A DNA stretch of 62,730 bases, counting the filler, from Basidiobolus ranarum (taxonomy: Eukaryota), in the NCBI GenBank assembly GCA_040143965.1. It is 8 parts of 8 records of this genome, joined end to end, with 100 filler letters (N's around TTAATTAATTAA, not from the genome) between each part and the next. Parts side by side here need not be neighbours in the genome. Positions count along the whole stretch, not along the records: positions 47,173 to 54,903 come from JASJQH010007948.1; positions 55,004 to 62,730 come from JASJQH010007949.1; 6 more parts are not named here. One strand, written 5' to 3'. This document shows, in pieces, positions 50,695 to 62,730 of this stretch. The first letter of the stretch is position 1, and each line of letters begins with the position of its first letter. The notes beneath the pieces were generated by a model. The model was not told where the DNA came from, made no database searches, and worked only from the letters and a program-made list of their open reading frames with translations. The position numbers were made by a program, and so were the translations under genes.

Positions 50695-53385
50695 ATGGAA
50701 GACGTTTCAGACAACAGTGCCACAGGGCTTAATAATGTCGCTCACGATACTAAGTTAGATGAGTCTGTTGATAATATGAATACTAATAAGGAAGGAGGGC
50801 ATTCGATCACTTCTGCTCACCAAAGAATCGTTGAAGAGTTTCAATACTTATTGGAAAAAAGTCAGCAGCTATTTGCTGGTTTAAGGTAGAGGGTTGATCT
50901 ACATTTGAAGCTTGTTGATTAATCGGCTTTTACATTGCAAATTAAACACGCTAAATTGATGTAGAGAACTATCCCCAACTGGTGGACGTCAATGGCAACC
51001 ATACTTTCAACGCACTTTTGAGATATATACCAAGGTAGGCTTTTATAACTATCTTAGAATTCCATACTAAACTGCCGGAATGTAACAGCTTGTTATTGTT
51101 AGTTATGGAAATTTCAGCAACAGCACAGGTATTGAACAGTAGATCTCGGTGAAGCGTTTGGTTTATTATTGTAACTTACGTATTTGCATGTCAAGAATCG
51201 TTCTTGAAAACAAAGACAATTATGGCCTAAAGCGATGGGAGGTTGGAGAAATTGCCTCGAAAATCGGACAACTATACTACCATTACTAGTAAGTTCAATA
51301 CAATGTACTGATTACTTGGTAAATCTGAATTCACATATTATTTCGTAGTTTAAGAACCAGTGAAACAAATTATCTTCAAGAGTCCTATGTCTTCTATGAA
51401 GCTATTCGCGAAAGGGCGTATTTCAGGGATGTTCTCGATTCAAAAAAGTAAGCTTGACATAACACCTTATGTTTGGTATGTTTGCTCTAATCATCTATTT
51501 GTAAATTAGTACCGCATTGATGATCAAGAAGTTAAGATATTACGCACGTTTTATTGTGGTTTGTCTTCTGCTTAACAAAAGAACATCTGTGCGGAAGCTT
51601 TTATCTGAGTTAACTATGCTGGTGGATGATTACGCCAAAACCTTCAAATCTTCGGATTCTTCGGAGTGGCAGTTGGTTCTACAAGAGATATCCACATTCT
51701 TGGAGGTATGTGAAATCCAAGCAATTCGAATGAATTACAGTCAACTTTAACGCAATGATATATAGGCCGAGAGACACCTTATTCCTGTTACTCCAGAAGG
51801 AGCCGCTCTTCCTTTTTCCAACAGACTCGGATTGGAGAAATTCGCCCGTCCTGAGAAAGATGGACCTAAAATGAAATTACAAGAAGCAATTCTAGTTGGA
51901 AACTGTCAGACTCAGGTAACGATTGCAAACCAAAAAATCCATCCTGAACCGTTTATATTTATATATCTCTTTTCTACAGATCAAGTTTTCAGAGCTTACA
52001 TTAGATATGTATAGAATGTTGCAGTCCCTCGGTAATTATAAGATTCATTGCCCCTGTTTCTCTCCATCGTTATTAAACTTAGTTGCTTATTAGAAAGAGA
52101 ACCTGTTGGCTCAAAAACTGCGGTTGCAAATCCCGAATCACAACCCCGCGAAGAAGGGTCACTTGAAGATCAAGTAAACGCCCCACCTACAAGCGCTAGT
52201 GACAAGACACCTGCTCGTAGAGTGAATCCTCACAAGTTCTTGTTGTATCGCCCCAACTATAGCCAACTTGTTGTATACCTTGCCAATGCGTTCAAGGTAC
52301 AGCTGCATATCTCAATGTTACGATCTTTCTTTTACTTATAATCGTCCATCTATTTCAGGAAATCAACGAAAACTCTGCATTGCTACTGTATCTGTCGGCA
52401 GATGGTGTCCAACTCGACCCAACCGAAAAAAATTGTGAGTCATTTTATTCGCATCATCGAATCTTTTATGCACTGCTAACTCTACCGCTATAGTGTACAG
52501 TGGTGGTGTTACAACTGCCTACCGTAAGACTTCTGATGAGTCCGATGTTAATGCGTTGATTCATTGTCTTCATCCGGAGGATATTACCCCTTTCACTAGG
52601 AAGCCTCTTTTCTTGGTTGTTGACAGCAGTAATAGCAGTGCGTTTAAGGTTGGCATTTACGTCGCAAGTATTAGCCACACTATCATGTTATAACATTATT
52701 ATTTAGAACGTCCTGACTCCCTTCAATCAGCCATTCATGTGTTTGCTGTCTCCCACCGAGTGCCCGATTAAAGGTAAGTTGGTTAGTTTCGTTAGTGTCA
52801 CCGAAAGAAACGGACTAACCCTTGGTAATAGATATCTCTCAAGTTGGAAATCTTTTCACCTTGTTTTTACATTCTCCTTTGCTTGGCTTCAGTTTTGTTT
52901 CTCAGAATACTCAAGTTACTTCTCAGGACTGGGCTCAATGTACAGAGCTTGTCTCTTCTCTTGAGGACGAGATCTCCGAGCTTTTGTTGACTTCGCAGTT
53001 TGGTAATTAAGGCTATAAAATTGTGTGTTCTATGGGCAATTTCTAAGAGATATTCTATTCTAGGTAAAACCAACAAGTTCCTCCAAGACGATTTCCTTCG
53101 TAGATTTATTGTCCGCTTTGTCTTCTGCTACGCCGTCTTTACTTACCACATTCGCTTCAATGAATTTGCAGTATGACTTTTTTATTCTCCAACTTGTGTT
53201 ACCATAGTGTTAACTCTAAATCATGTGTTTAGCATTTCCCCACCGCCTCTCCAGCGATTCCTGAAGATATATTGGCTTCACCTAAAATCATGCAAACGAT
53301 CAGAGAACTTGCCCAACTTACCGACTCGATGTCACACTATAACTTCCCCAAAGATTCCACTTCTGAAGTTATGGATCAAAGTTAG
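50695..53385 (+). CDS. SCAI: SCAI (suppressor of cancer cell invasion) homolog, highly spliced
   Basis: LLEKSQQLFAGLREL..WQPYFQRTFEIYTKLWKFQQQHR, YGLKRWEVGEIASKIGQLYYHYYLRTSET, KKLRYYARFIVVCLLL, KFSELTLDMYRMLQ, NPHKFLLYRP, PFTRKPLFLVVDS. Confidence 0.92.
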
Positions 53386-53572
53386 ACAGTTTATTCAAAT
53401 GTTCACTGCCAAAGGGTATTTCTTTTTATTGTGGTCACTCTGCTGGGGTGTTAGTTTGGTATAGTTTTGTTAATGTAAATTAGATCAGTCCCTTGAAATG
53501 CTCTCAGTGCTGACATTTCATTTATTTGTTCACTATATTCAAAAATAAAAATAGACCATGTACTCGTTCAAA

Positions 53573-54412
53573 CTAGTAATGTTCGGGGAATCTTTCTGAG
53601 AATGGAGCCAGTTGACGACCATCTATATCAGTGAAGTTGTACATTCTCGCGATTTCACCTACTTCCCAAAACTTGCCTCCCATCTTTGAAATGGGTTCAT
53701 TGGAAGATGCCAAGGCCACTACGGCACGTCCGATATAATTTACAGTTTCGATATCTTTTCTTTCACTTTCGGGTATGTTCGCATCTACCATACGCTCTGT
53801 CATCATCCAACCTGGTGCCAGAGCCAAAGCTGTGATGCCGTGCTTGGATAAATCTGAATTCATACCCAAAGTCATTCTTGTGATTGAGGATTTGGCCACA
53901 TCGTAAAAGAGGTTTCCATGATACTTATCTTTTATAGGTGAACTGATGTTAACAATGATACCTTTCTTATGAGGTAGCATAAGAGCAGAGGCTAAACTCG
54001 CAGCTACCACGTGCGACCTTACACCAACTTCAAACATCGTATCCCAGTGTTCCATTTGTAACTCCCAAAAAGGAGCAATTTTTACCTCGGTTTCATAACC
54101 TGCCCACGCATTGTTCACTAATAAGTCTAATTTACCTTGCTCTAGCTTAATTTTGTTAAATAGAGCCTTCACCTGTTCGTCATTACGGTGGTCACAACAA
54201 ACTGCTATACCTACACCACCAAGGGTGTTCACTTTCTCAGCAGTCTCCTCGATGGTTTCACTACGACCTTGGGTAGTTTGACCGGTTCTACTACTTCTTC
54301 CGGTTACGTACACAGTACACCCTGCCTCCCCCAGACATAAAGCTATGCCTTTACCAGCTCCTCGAGAGGCCCCGGTAACCAGTGCGATGCAACCTTTTAG
54401 ACTTCCAGACAT
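53573..54412 (-). CDS. Short-chain dehydrogenase/reductase, DHRS1-like
   Basis: TGASRGAG Rossmann motif, VYVTGRS, CDH, LVNNAW, YDVAK catalytic motif; intronless. Confidence 0.93.
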   Translation of the reverse strand: MSGSLKGCIALVTGASRGAGKGIALCLGEAGCTVYVTGRSSRTGQTTQGRSETIEETAEKVNTLGGVGIAVCCDHRNDEQVKALFNKIKLEQGKLDLLVNNAWAGYETEVKIAPFWELQMEHWDTMFEVGVRSHVVAASLASALMLPHKKGIIVNISSPIKDKYHGNLFYDVAKSSITRMTLGMNSDLSKHGITALALAPGWMMTERMVDANIPESERKDIETVNYIGRAVVALASSNEPISKMGGKFWEVGEIARMYNFTDIDGRQLAPFSERFPEHY

Positions 54413-54903
54413 GCGAGGGATAATTCGGATATAGTTTCCAAATAGTGCAGTCTTTTATTGCCACCAATGATTACGTATATTTTCCATGATCATTAGCAGG
54501 GGAAAAAAAAGAAATTTCTGGTCCCGAGTCTAATTGCTGCCTAGAGATCGGGTAGTAGGGGAATTTTTTTTCTTCCAGAAGAATAAATTAATACGAATGA
54601 TTTCTCCATTATTCTCCCTCTTCAACATCCTCGACTACCATGGTAAGTAAAAAAATCTTCTAATATTGATACGACCTATGTGATTCATCCATCTATGCTG
54701 CCACTTCCCGGTGAAAATGTACACATTCATTAAGTTTTTCTTTGATATTTCTAGTCTCATCGTAAATTCGAGGCTCCTCGTCACGGTTCTTTGGGTTTCC
54801 TTCCCCGTAAGCGTTCCAGAACTCACAGAGGAAGATGCAAGTCTTTCCCTAAGGATGATGCTTCCAAGCCTGTCCATATGACTGCCTTCTTGGGTTACAA
54901 GGC

Positions 54904-55003
54904 NNNNNNNNNNNNNNNNNNNNNNNNNNNNNNNNNNNNNNNNNNNNTTAATTAATTAANNNNNNNNNNNNNNNNNNNNNNNNNNNNNNNNNNNNNNNNN
55001 NNN
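54904..55003. other. Artificial contig spacer
   Basis: N44-TTAATTAATTAA-N44. Confidence 0.99.
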
Positions 55004-56356
55004 AGCCCTATTTATAAAAATAATCGAGCCAGCGCAGAGTAGCATTATCAACATACGACACACCAGGAAATTCATCAAAAATCCAGAATATGGTACAAGT
55101 AATGTGGAGCCTAAATCGTGAATTGCGAGCAGAGCTCCAGCGGTAATCGGATCTTTTCCTAACCACTTTTTTTGGAAGAAGTCAGAACCTGGTTTCATTT
55201 ATCAGAGGAAAGGGTTAATTTAGAACAAAATACAGTTAGCTCAGAAGGTACTTACCAACATTAATCAATGGAATGGTTGATCCATAGAAGCTAAAATAGT
55301 CATGGTCATTAACTAATCCACGACAAAAGTAGTTGTGTTGTCGGTTACTTACCATATCATTACGAAGCATAGAATCCAAAACTCGGTAGGGAAACGATAA
55401 ATATCCGAGAATTTCATCTGTTGCTCCAGGCGATCACCAGGACGAGAAGAACCATCTGAAAAGCCAGAGAAGCAACTACTACGTATGTTTCCATTTTCTG
55501 GTATACCAATGAATTGTCCACTGAATCGTTTGTTACCGGAAACACTCATCACTAACTTCTGACGAATCTTAATCTTCACTCGAACTTCTCCAGCATAGTC
55601 AGCCAGAATAAAAAGTAATGCACAAAATCCAGAGAATACGCACATCGCAAGTCCAAAACATGAGGCGACATTGACACCACCATGCTTCTCAGCGATGTAA
55701 GGACTAATCAGGTCGTTAAACACCGAGCCCAGTCGTGCAAAGCATAGATTAATTCCGAGGGCAAACCCAAGCTCTTTGGTGTTGAACCAATGAAATGTGA
55801 TTCTCGCTTGAGCAACACCTAATGACTCCCCACCAATGCCTAACAGCAATCGGCCCAGGAAGATTAGAGGAAACATATGCATCGCCAAACCAACGGTAAA
55901 TAAGAGTTGCCCTAATATAACCACTCCTGAAAGAATAATGAAGATTTTTCGAGTTCCTGGAAAGGTTGATGATGAACTGTTAGAGGAGAAGGCTCTGATG
56001 ACAACGTAAGGCGAAGTGTAAACATGTACCGTGAGCATCGATAATTCGACCCATAGCAAAAGGCAGGAAAATGTTCGGGATGGAATATACCACATACATC
56101 AGAGCCAGCTGATATTGCCAGGCGTGATAATCGATGCCTAAATGATCCATCATTTGTCCGTTTAGAGCGGCTGGCATATCATAGGCCTAGACAAACAGTG
56201 TGAATTCAATATCTTGAAAGGTTAGGAAAAAAGACCAACACTTACGAAGTAGTTTCCGGTTAAGGAGAGAGCGCTTAGGCCTAAAACTATCCAACGTCCG
56301 TAACTTCCGGATGGAGTGGAAATCTCGGCTGAGTTAATAGGCTCATTACCTGACAT
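55004..56356 (-). CDS. MFS transporter, MFSD1-like (3'-truncated)
   Basis: GNYF|AYDMPAAL, YSIPNIFLPF, GRLLLGIGGESL, WFNTKELGFALG, ARLGSV; several GT-AG introns; ATG at 56356. Confidence 0.9.
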
Positions 56357-59300
56357 AACTGACGAAGTATCGTAGACAATATGGGGTTGTTGACAAAAGT
56401 AAAGGTTGTGATATTTATGACGACGGCTATTTCCGACTAGTATGTATTAAGCTAAAGAAAATGGGATGAATACTCAAAACTAGTTGAAGAAAAGGCAGCA
56501 TAAACAACTAGGGTTGGTAGAATAGTTAGCGCTATGGAATTGTTACCTTATTACAAGAGACAAACGCGCTTTATAAAAGGGTTGAGAGGGTAGAGAATAT
56601 TTACGCAAAAAGGCAATATGTTCAAAGAGACTTGACACCTTTAAGTCTTTATACCTAGGGGAGTTTTTGGTTAAATAAAGTAATAAGCAGATGAAACGTA
56701 AGCACGAGGTAAAAATGTGCTTCGCAAGTTAAGGTTTTTTAAGGGTAAAGAAGGGATAGAATAGGATAGACTGCGAAAGGAAGCAAATTAAAAGGTTTTA
56801 GCTGTGCAAAGAGATTTGAAGCAAAAGTGACGAAAAAAGGGAGTGGATAGCAGAGGGGATACCGATGATGATATACAATTCAATAGAAATATTACCAAGC
56901 CATCGAATTACCTGTGCCTGCTAATTTGTAACCAATTACATGTTTGCCTATTTAGTTAAGAGTGTCTCTCAAAGAAGTAAAACCAGTTTAATAACTAACG
57001 GCCCAATTTGGCAATTACCATTTCAATATCCAAGGACAGAGAGTGTGGGAAGCTTATCCAATTGGTTTCAGCTCCTTTTTAGTGAAGCTAATCTTGACCC
57101 TGTAGCCTTTATGTGGCTAACACAACATATCCAATATATTGTTTCAGGAGGATCTTGATTGTTGTTAGCGACACAAACTAAATATTTGGACCCGCGAGGG
57201 AGCACTTCGCACCCATGTTTGGAGATGCACTTTCCTAGCGAATAGAGATGCCGAATGTAGTCATGCCAACCTGAGGATTTCCCCTCCAAAACCTGAATAA
57301 AGTCTGTGTCAGTCTCTGACCTTCAGCTATCGTATTCTACTGGTGGAAGTGGGGATGAGAAATCCAAAAATGGCCGAATGCAATGATATCGAAGATAAGT
57401 GGCCGACACGGACTCGGTGAATGCAAGGATCACCCAGCTGAAGTGTAGAAGAATCTTTCCAAGAGCTAGTCACAAAATGCAGGCTCTGCTTTGTTGATGT
57501 AATCTGTTGGTCATTCGAGTGTCGAGCAAGCAAATAGAGTGGCGAGCTGTAGAGCAGTTCATTCATGCTCAAGTAGAGGTCTGGATTGTAGGAACTCAAT
57601 CGGACTCGCCAATCGGGCAATATCCTCAGAGTGCCAATAAAGCACCCCAATTTTACGAGCTATACTATGGGGCTTTCGACAAAGTCTGAGCGCATTGTCC
57701 TCCCCAACAATGTCTATGATTGTAATTCAATCAAGACGAGACAGGTTTTGAAAATCATCTGCTCACCAAGTACGTGTTTTCGATGTTAACCTCAAAAAGA
57801 AGCGTATTTGAAGAGACGATGAGGTTGGTGCTGGTACTACCAGGCGGTGCTACCAAGATCACGTCTGTATCTATCTTTGAGAGCAAGCAGCTACTTGTGA
57901 GCTAAACTTCTCAGTATAAATTGCTTTCAAGATCGTAACCTCTTACGTGACACCAAGCAGGTCACTTTTTTCTTCCAGTTGCCTTTTGTAAGTGAAGAGT
58001 TTAAGGCTACATAGGAAAGCATTCTCCGGATTGAGCGTCGCAGCGTAACACTTGATGCACCCCTCCTCATGCGCATGTGTTGAGATTTGAACTGATAGTA
58101 ATCCAATATGTTGATGTAAACTGGAAATAGCGAGCTCCGCTCCACAGGTAACGTCAGGTTTATATGGAGGATAGGTTCTATGAATTTCGAACAAGATGGG
58201 ATATATACAGAAAATCCCTTATCGAATAATCATCCAATAACTAACAAATCAGGAGCTGCAGGTTGATTGAAAAAGTGGTGATTCAATGGGGAGGTACTCG
58301 TAACCCTCTGCATCCTTATTCTTGGATGTGTGAAATTGAAAGTAAAGAGTTTAATACTAAGTAGACTTTTTCACGTCTGACAGGTTTGTCCACCATACGT
58401 GTCAAAAAGTGCTACTACTAGTTTCCTGACAACAAAAGGACATTAAAAGTGATTGATTCTTTAAAATCACTGTTCATTTTTGTGGGCAAACTGACTTCAA
58501 AGTGCCAATGGTAGAAAGAATATTGTGCATATGTAGTTGTCGCATTCCAAATGTTTTTCTTTGATGTATATTATCTTAAGGCTGAATTAAACTTACTCTT
58601 CTCAAGCCGGGCCGACTACACTTATGGCAGATTTTTAACATGTAGTAACAACTTCTGCTTACTAAGACTCTTGAAATAGAAGTCGTTAAAGCTTCGCACA
58701 AATTCGACCTTTTTAATAGATTAATGAGCTAAGGCAAATCTACCAGGGTATGTATTACTCCTGACAATATGTAGTATCTCGTGAATGATGGTAAGGTAGA
58801 CTGTAATTTCTTCATCGTCCTCGTTTTCATTATCTTATACTCTTCTCAACGTCGAAGCGTTTACTAGTGACTTCTTCATAGTCTTGTACTAGTACGCATG
58901 TCTACTGTTATTCTTTACTTGCTACCCTTGTGATATCAAACTCACTGTAATATCATGCGTTCAGCACACCATGCAAAGTATAAAGTAAACTACCCACTAT
59001 TAAAGAAAATGCTTAGTTTTACAGCACCGTAGATACTGCAAATAAATTTGGGGAAGCATGGTTACTGTAGCAGGTGATATCAAGGGCTTGCATTAATGAT
59101 GCATACCAAATAGATTCCTTACCTGATGAAACTAGCTTTAAGGTACCCTTACCTTTAAAAGGTATCCTATATTATCAAACTTAATTACACGGTGCATTTT
59201 CATTTTCTTCGGCCATTTGAATGATCAACCTCAGCAACGGGGCGATCAATGACGAACTTTTTAATCATCTAAAATGCCACACATTGCAAAGATATATGTT

Positions 59301-60018
59301 GACAGAGTAAGAAGTACGCAGAGCTTAATGTGCAGTTTCTGCAATGGAATATATATTATGCGTCCTCTTTGTCTACATATTACAAATGGAAGATGCGCAA
59401 ATGTCACAAAAGTTACTCATGTGACAGACTGCAAGAGCATATGGGATTGGAGATTTGATCTAAATCTAATATAATTGAAATAATTCTACTTTACAATGAT
59501 AATCTTGACATTTCACAGAAAAGCTTTGGGCTTCATGGATATCGTCACTGTAGAGCTTATATATCCTTCTTATCTTTTCTATAACTGAAGAATTAAGCTG
59601 TGATACGTTTTTAGTTTTCAATGTTGTGAGTAATTCGCCTGTGCCATGTATTATTACTACATATTATGAGTATTATATGTATGCAATTGGATGGGAGAAA
59701 ATAGTGCAAGATAAATAGTCTACTATGTGCTATTGGGGTTGGCTTAAAGATTCGTGGTAGTTACCAAGTCAATTTTATTCTGTATTTTTGAGACTACGTA
59801 TGGGCTACAGTGAATTAGGGTCAAAAAAAAAGCCTCGGTTTATACCATAGGCTAACTAACACACCATTTTCCAAAGTAATCACAGCCCATCATTTGTTGA
59901 CAATTTAAAATAGGTTATTATATATAATCACTTTCCTAGAATATACTATCTTACACCTAGATATATAAAAATGATTATCAAAATGGCTATTTCATCTGTA
60001 ATCCAAGTCATCATCTAA

Positions 60019-60033
60019 ACGCGTATAACGCGA
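60019..60033. promoter_or_regulatory. Tandem MCB-like boxes (ACGCGT, ACGCGA) upstream of H2A
   Basis: ACGCGTATAACGCGA about 190 bp before the H2A ATG in CpG-poor DNA; reverse CCAAT (ATTGG) near 60108. Confidence 0.55.
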
Positions 60034-60211
60034 TTGTTTCGTCGATCCAAATTAACCAAACGAGTGATGAAATAAAAGTTTGGATTTTCATTTCCATTTC
60101 AAACGTGATTGGTTGCTAATCTTCATAGCTGTACTCCATAAATATCTAGCTTATTCATTAACTTTTAACCAATTCTTTTCAAACACCAACTGTATCACAT
60201 ATATATCAACC

Positions 60212-60610
60212 ATGTCAGGCAAAGCAGGAGGAAAGAGCGGAAAGGCCATTACTGGTGGATCTAAGACCCGTTCTAGCAAGGCCGGTCTTCAGTTCCCTGT
60301 AGGTCGTATTCATCGTCATTTGCGTAAGGGGAATTATTCTCAGCGTATTGCTGCTGGAGCTCCAGTTTATCTTGCTGCCGTTCTTGAATACCTTGCAGCA
60401 GAAATCCTCGAGTTGGCTGGTAACGCAGCCCGTGATAACAAGAAGACCAGAATCATTCCTCGCCACTTACAACTTGCCATTCGTAATGACGAGGAGCTGA
60501 ATAAATTACTCAGTAACGTGACCATTGCACAAGGTGGTGTTCTTCCTAATATTCACGGTAGCTTGTTGCCAAAGAAGTCTAAGAAGGAAGGAGAGTCTCA
60601 AGAACTCTAG
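60212..60610 (+). CDS. HTA1: Histone H2A with C-terminal SQEL (H2A.X-type) motif
   Basis: [47 protein letters not shown]. Confidence 0.97.
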   Translation: MSGKAGGKSGKAITGGSKTRSSKAGLQFPVGRIHRHLRKGNYSQRIAAGAPVYLAAVLEYLAAEILELAGNAARDNKKTRIIPRHLQLAIRNDEELNKLLSNVTIAQGGVLPNIHGSLLPKKSKKEGESQEL

Positions 60611-61416
60611 AGAATCCATGATAAAAACTCGTGGAACCATTCCGTTTCTGTAAATATTTTTAAATGGGCTGAGATGTTTCAACTCTTATTGGTAGTTAAT
60701 TATTTTGAAATGATAATAAAGGCACGTTACTCATAATTGCTAGTTACACCTACTACATTGCTAATTCATTTAGAATATCTCGAATGATTAGGCACTCTTA
60801 CATCTTACATATCTTGCTAGTTAAGATTTTGTGTCAGGAGTCGTTTTCATTCATTCCCCAGTGTATTGGATAGGTATCCGATCATGTCAATACACTCAAT
60901 AAAATATCATAATTCTGTGATGTGCGATAACATATGATTGTCCCTTCAAATATTTATTTTTATATTCTAGATTACACTATGTCAACTATCACTTGTTTGA
61001 TTTCTACCACATAACTTTGCATGATTCTTTTAGCAGAAGTCAAGGACACTGCTTAAGGTTAGGTTAGAAATTAATTACTGAATATCAACACTGACTTGCT
61101 ACAAGATGGTGATACGAGTGCATGTTTCAACGGTTACCAGGTGTATAGGGTTCATGTAACCTCCGAGAAAACGCGTGTTACAACCAACTCAACCCTGATT
61201 CCCAGTGATATAATAGCAATATTTTCGTAAAGTATGCAAAGAATTTTATTCTTATATTTTAAGGTGTCACCAGTGGGTGTATATTATTATAACTTCCTTC
61301 CTGTTCGAAGAAAATGATTTCATATGATATTGATTAGTGAAATTTGTAACAGTGTGGTTGTTTCTGACCATCCGAATGTTTGGATTTCGTATTTATGGTG
61401 GCTTGGTAAGCGGTAT

Positions 61417-62673
61417 TTACTCGCGTTCGAAAATACCGCACATTCCCATACCGGTACCAATGCACATACTGACAGCACCAACCTTCTTTCCTTGTCTCTT
61501 CAATTCAGGAAGTAAGGTGGCGATTTGACGAGCTCCTGTACATCCCAAAGGATGTCCAAGGGCAAGAGCTCCACCCTTAGGGTTAACCTTCTTACGGTCA
61601 AGGTTAAGTTTCTCCATACAATAGACGGCTTGGGAGGCAAATGCCTCGTTCAATTCAATAATATCAAGATCTTCAACTCTGATACCAGCCTTTTTGACAG
61701 CAGCAGGAATAGCGAAAGCTGGTCCAACACCCATGATGTTGGGTGGGACACCAACGACAGCGGCAGAAATGAATTTACCGAGGATAGGAAGGTTAAGCTT
61801 CTCGGCAGTCTTACGCTTCATCAATAATACAGCGGCAGCACCGTCTGATACTTGGGAGGCGTTACCAGCAGTGGTGGTTCCGGTCTTGGAGAAAGCGGGT
61901 TTAATTTTGCTCAATGTTGCCAAGTCAACTCCCTTACGAATACCATCATCGGCTCTAACGGTGATTTCCTTCTCATTACCATCCTTATCGGTGGTGTTGC
62001 AGGTGACTGGAATGATTTCTTCATCAAATAAGCCATTTTGTTGGGCTTGAGAAGCCTTGAAATGGGACTCAACAGCCAATTGATCTTGCTTCTCACGGGT
62101 GATGTTGAATTGCTTGGCAACATTCTCAGAGGTGATACCCATAGGAACTAAGCAGTCAGCAGCTGCTTTGACAGCACTAACTTTGTCAGATACGGTATCA
62201 GGGCTGGCAGTTGGTCCATAATCCAAAGTCATAGACTCAGTACCGGCACCGATACCAATATCAATCAAACCAGATTGGATGGCACTGGCAATTTGAACGA
62301 CAGCCTGGAGGCCAGATGAGCATTGACGATTGACAGTCATGACAGCGGTTTTCTCGGGGATACCAGCATACAAAGCTGCCATTCTAGCGACGGCGGCACC
62401 TCCACCTCTTGGGAGAACATTACCAACAGTAACATCGTCGATTAAATTGGGGTCAATTCCAGTTTTCTCAAGAGTAGCCTTCAACACAGCACCTAACAAT
62501 TCCTCAGCGTGTACATCCTTGAAGCCACCCTTTCTGGCACGGGTGATAGGGGTACGTAATGCGGAAACAATCACAACGTCATCAGGTGACTTGACACCGA
62601 TTTTGGTGGGGGTAGGGGTGGTGGAAATGTGGGATGCAATCTGTTCAAGTCTTTGGCTAGAGTTGGAGGACAT
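61417..62673 (-). CDS. POT1: Peroxisomal 3-ketoacyl-CoA thiolase
   Basis: PTS2-like RLEQIASHI, VNRQCSSGL, NEAFA, GHPLGCTG, SMCIGTGMG; intronless. Confidence 0.95.
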   Translation of the reverse strand: MSSNSSQRLEQIASHISTTPTPTKIGVKSPDDVVIVSALRTPITRARKGGFKDVHAEELLGAVLKATLEKTGIDPNLIDDVTVGNVLPRGGGAAVARMAALYAGIPEKTAVMTVNRQCSSGLQAVVQIASAIQSGLIDIGIGAGTESMTLDYGPTASPDTVSDKVSAVKAAADCLVPMGITSENVAKQFNITREKQDQLAVESHFKASQAQQNGLFDEEIIPVTCNTTDKDGNEKEITVRADDGIRKGVDLATLSKIKPAFSKTGTTTAGNASQVSDGAAAVLLMKRKTAEKLNLPILGKFISAAVVGVPPNIMGVGPAFAIPAAVKKAGIRVEDLDIIELNEAFASQAVYCMEKLNLDRKKVNPKGGALALGHPLGCTGARQIATLLPELKRQGKKVGAVSMCIGTGMGMCGIFERE

Positions 62674-62730
62674 GGTTGATAAATTGTTCAGATAAAGGTA
62701 GTGTAGAGATCTGGAGTTCTATAGACGAGA

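Noticed and set aside
54635-54903. Minus-strand ORF at the contig end
   Set aside because: May be the tail of a truncated gene, but frame and identity cannot be determined.

Overview
This is eukaryotic DNA from an intron-rich, AT-rich fungus, probably an early-diverging (zygomycete-grade) lineage; a Basidiobolus-like source is only a guess. It is NOT one locus. Eight contigs (7777, 7773, 7763, 7761, 7756, 7742, 7731, 7727 bp, i.e. sorted by length) are joined by artificial 100-bp N44-TTAATTAATTAA-N44 spacers, so nothing can be inferred across gaps. Host genes: a TGL2-like lipase, RPL17, RAM2, a protein tyrosine phosphatase, a CBM21 PP1-targeting subunit, VPS74, SRP72, CHS7, an SH3 membrane protein, a secreted BBE-like FAD oxidase, two Hva1-TUDOR paralogs, RPL10, RPS10, RIO2, SCAI, a bacterial-like SDR, an MFSD1-like transporter, histone H2A and a peroxisomal thiolase. 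About a third of the window is CpG-depleted transposon debris: nested Ty1/copia elements of at least two LTR families and a CACTA/EnSpm transposase relic. Three observations stand out. (1) A decayed Fanzor1 (eukaryotic TnpB-like RNA-guided nuclease) gene at 31564-34021, split by LTRs and followed by a candidate structured omegaRNA region. (2) An otherwise intact PTP gene with a single in-frame TGA exactly at the invariant Trp of the DFW motif. (3) A 282-bp solo LTR carrying a full tRNA-like cloverleaf, inserted with a perfect 5-bp TSD into the CACTA transposase. All family assignments come from motif recognition by eye, not from database searches.
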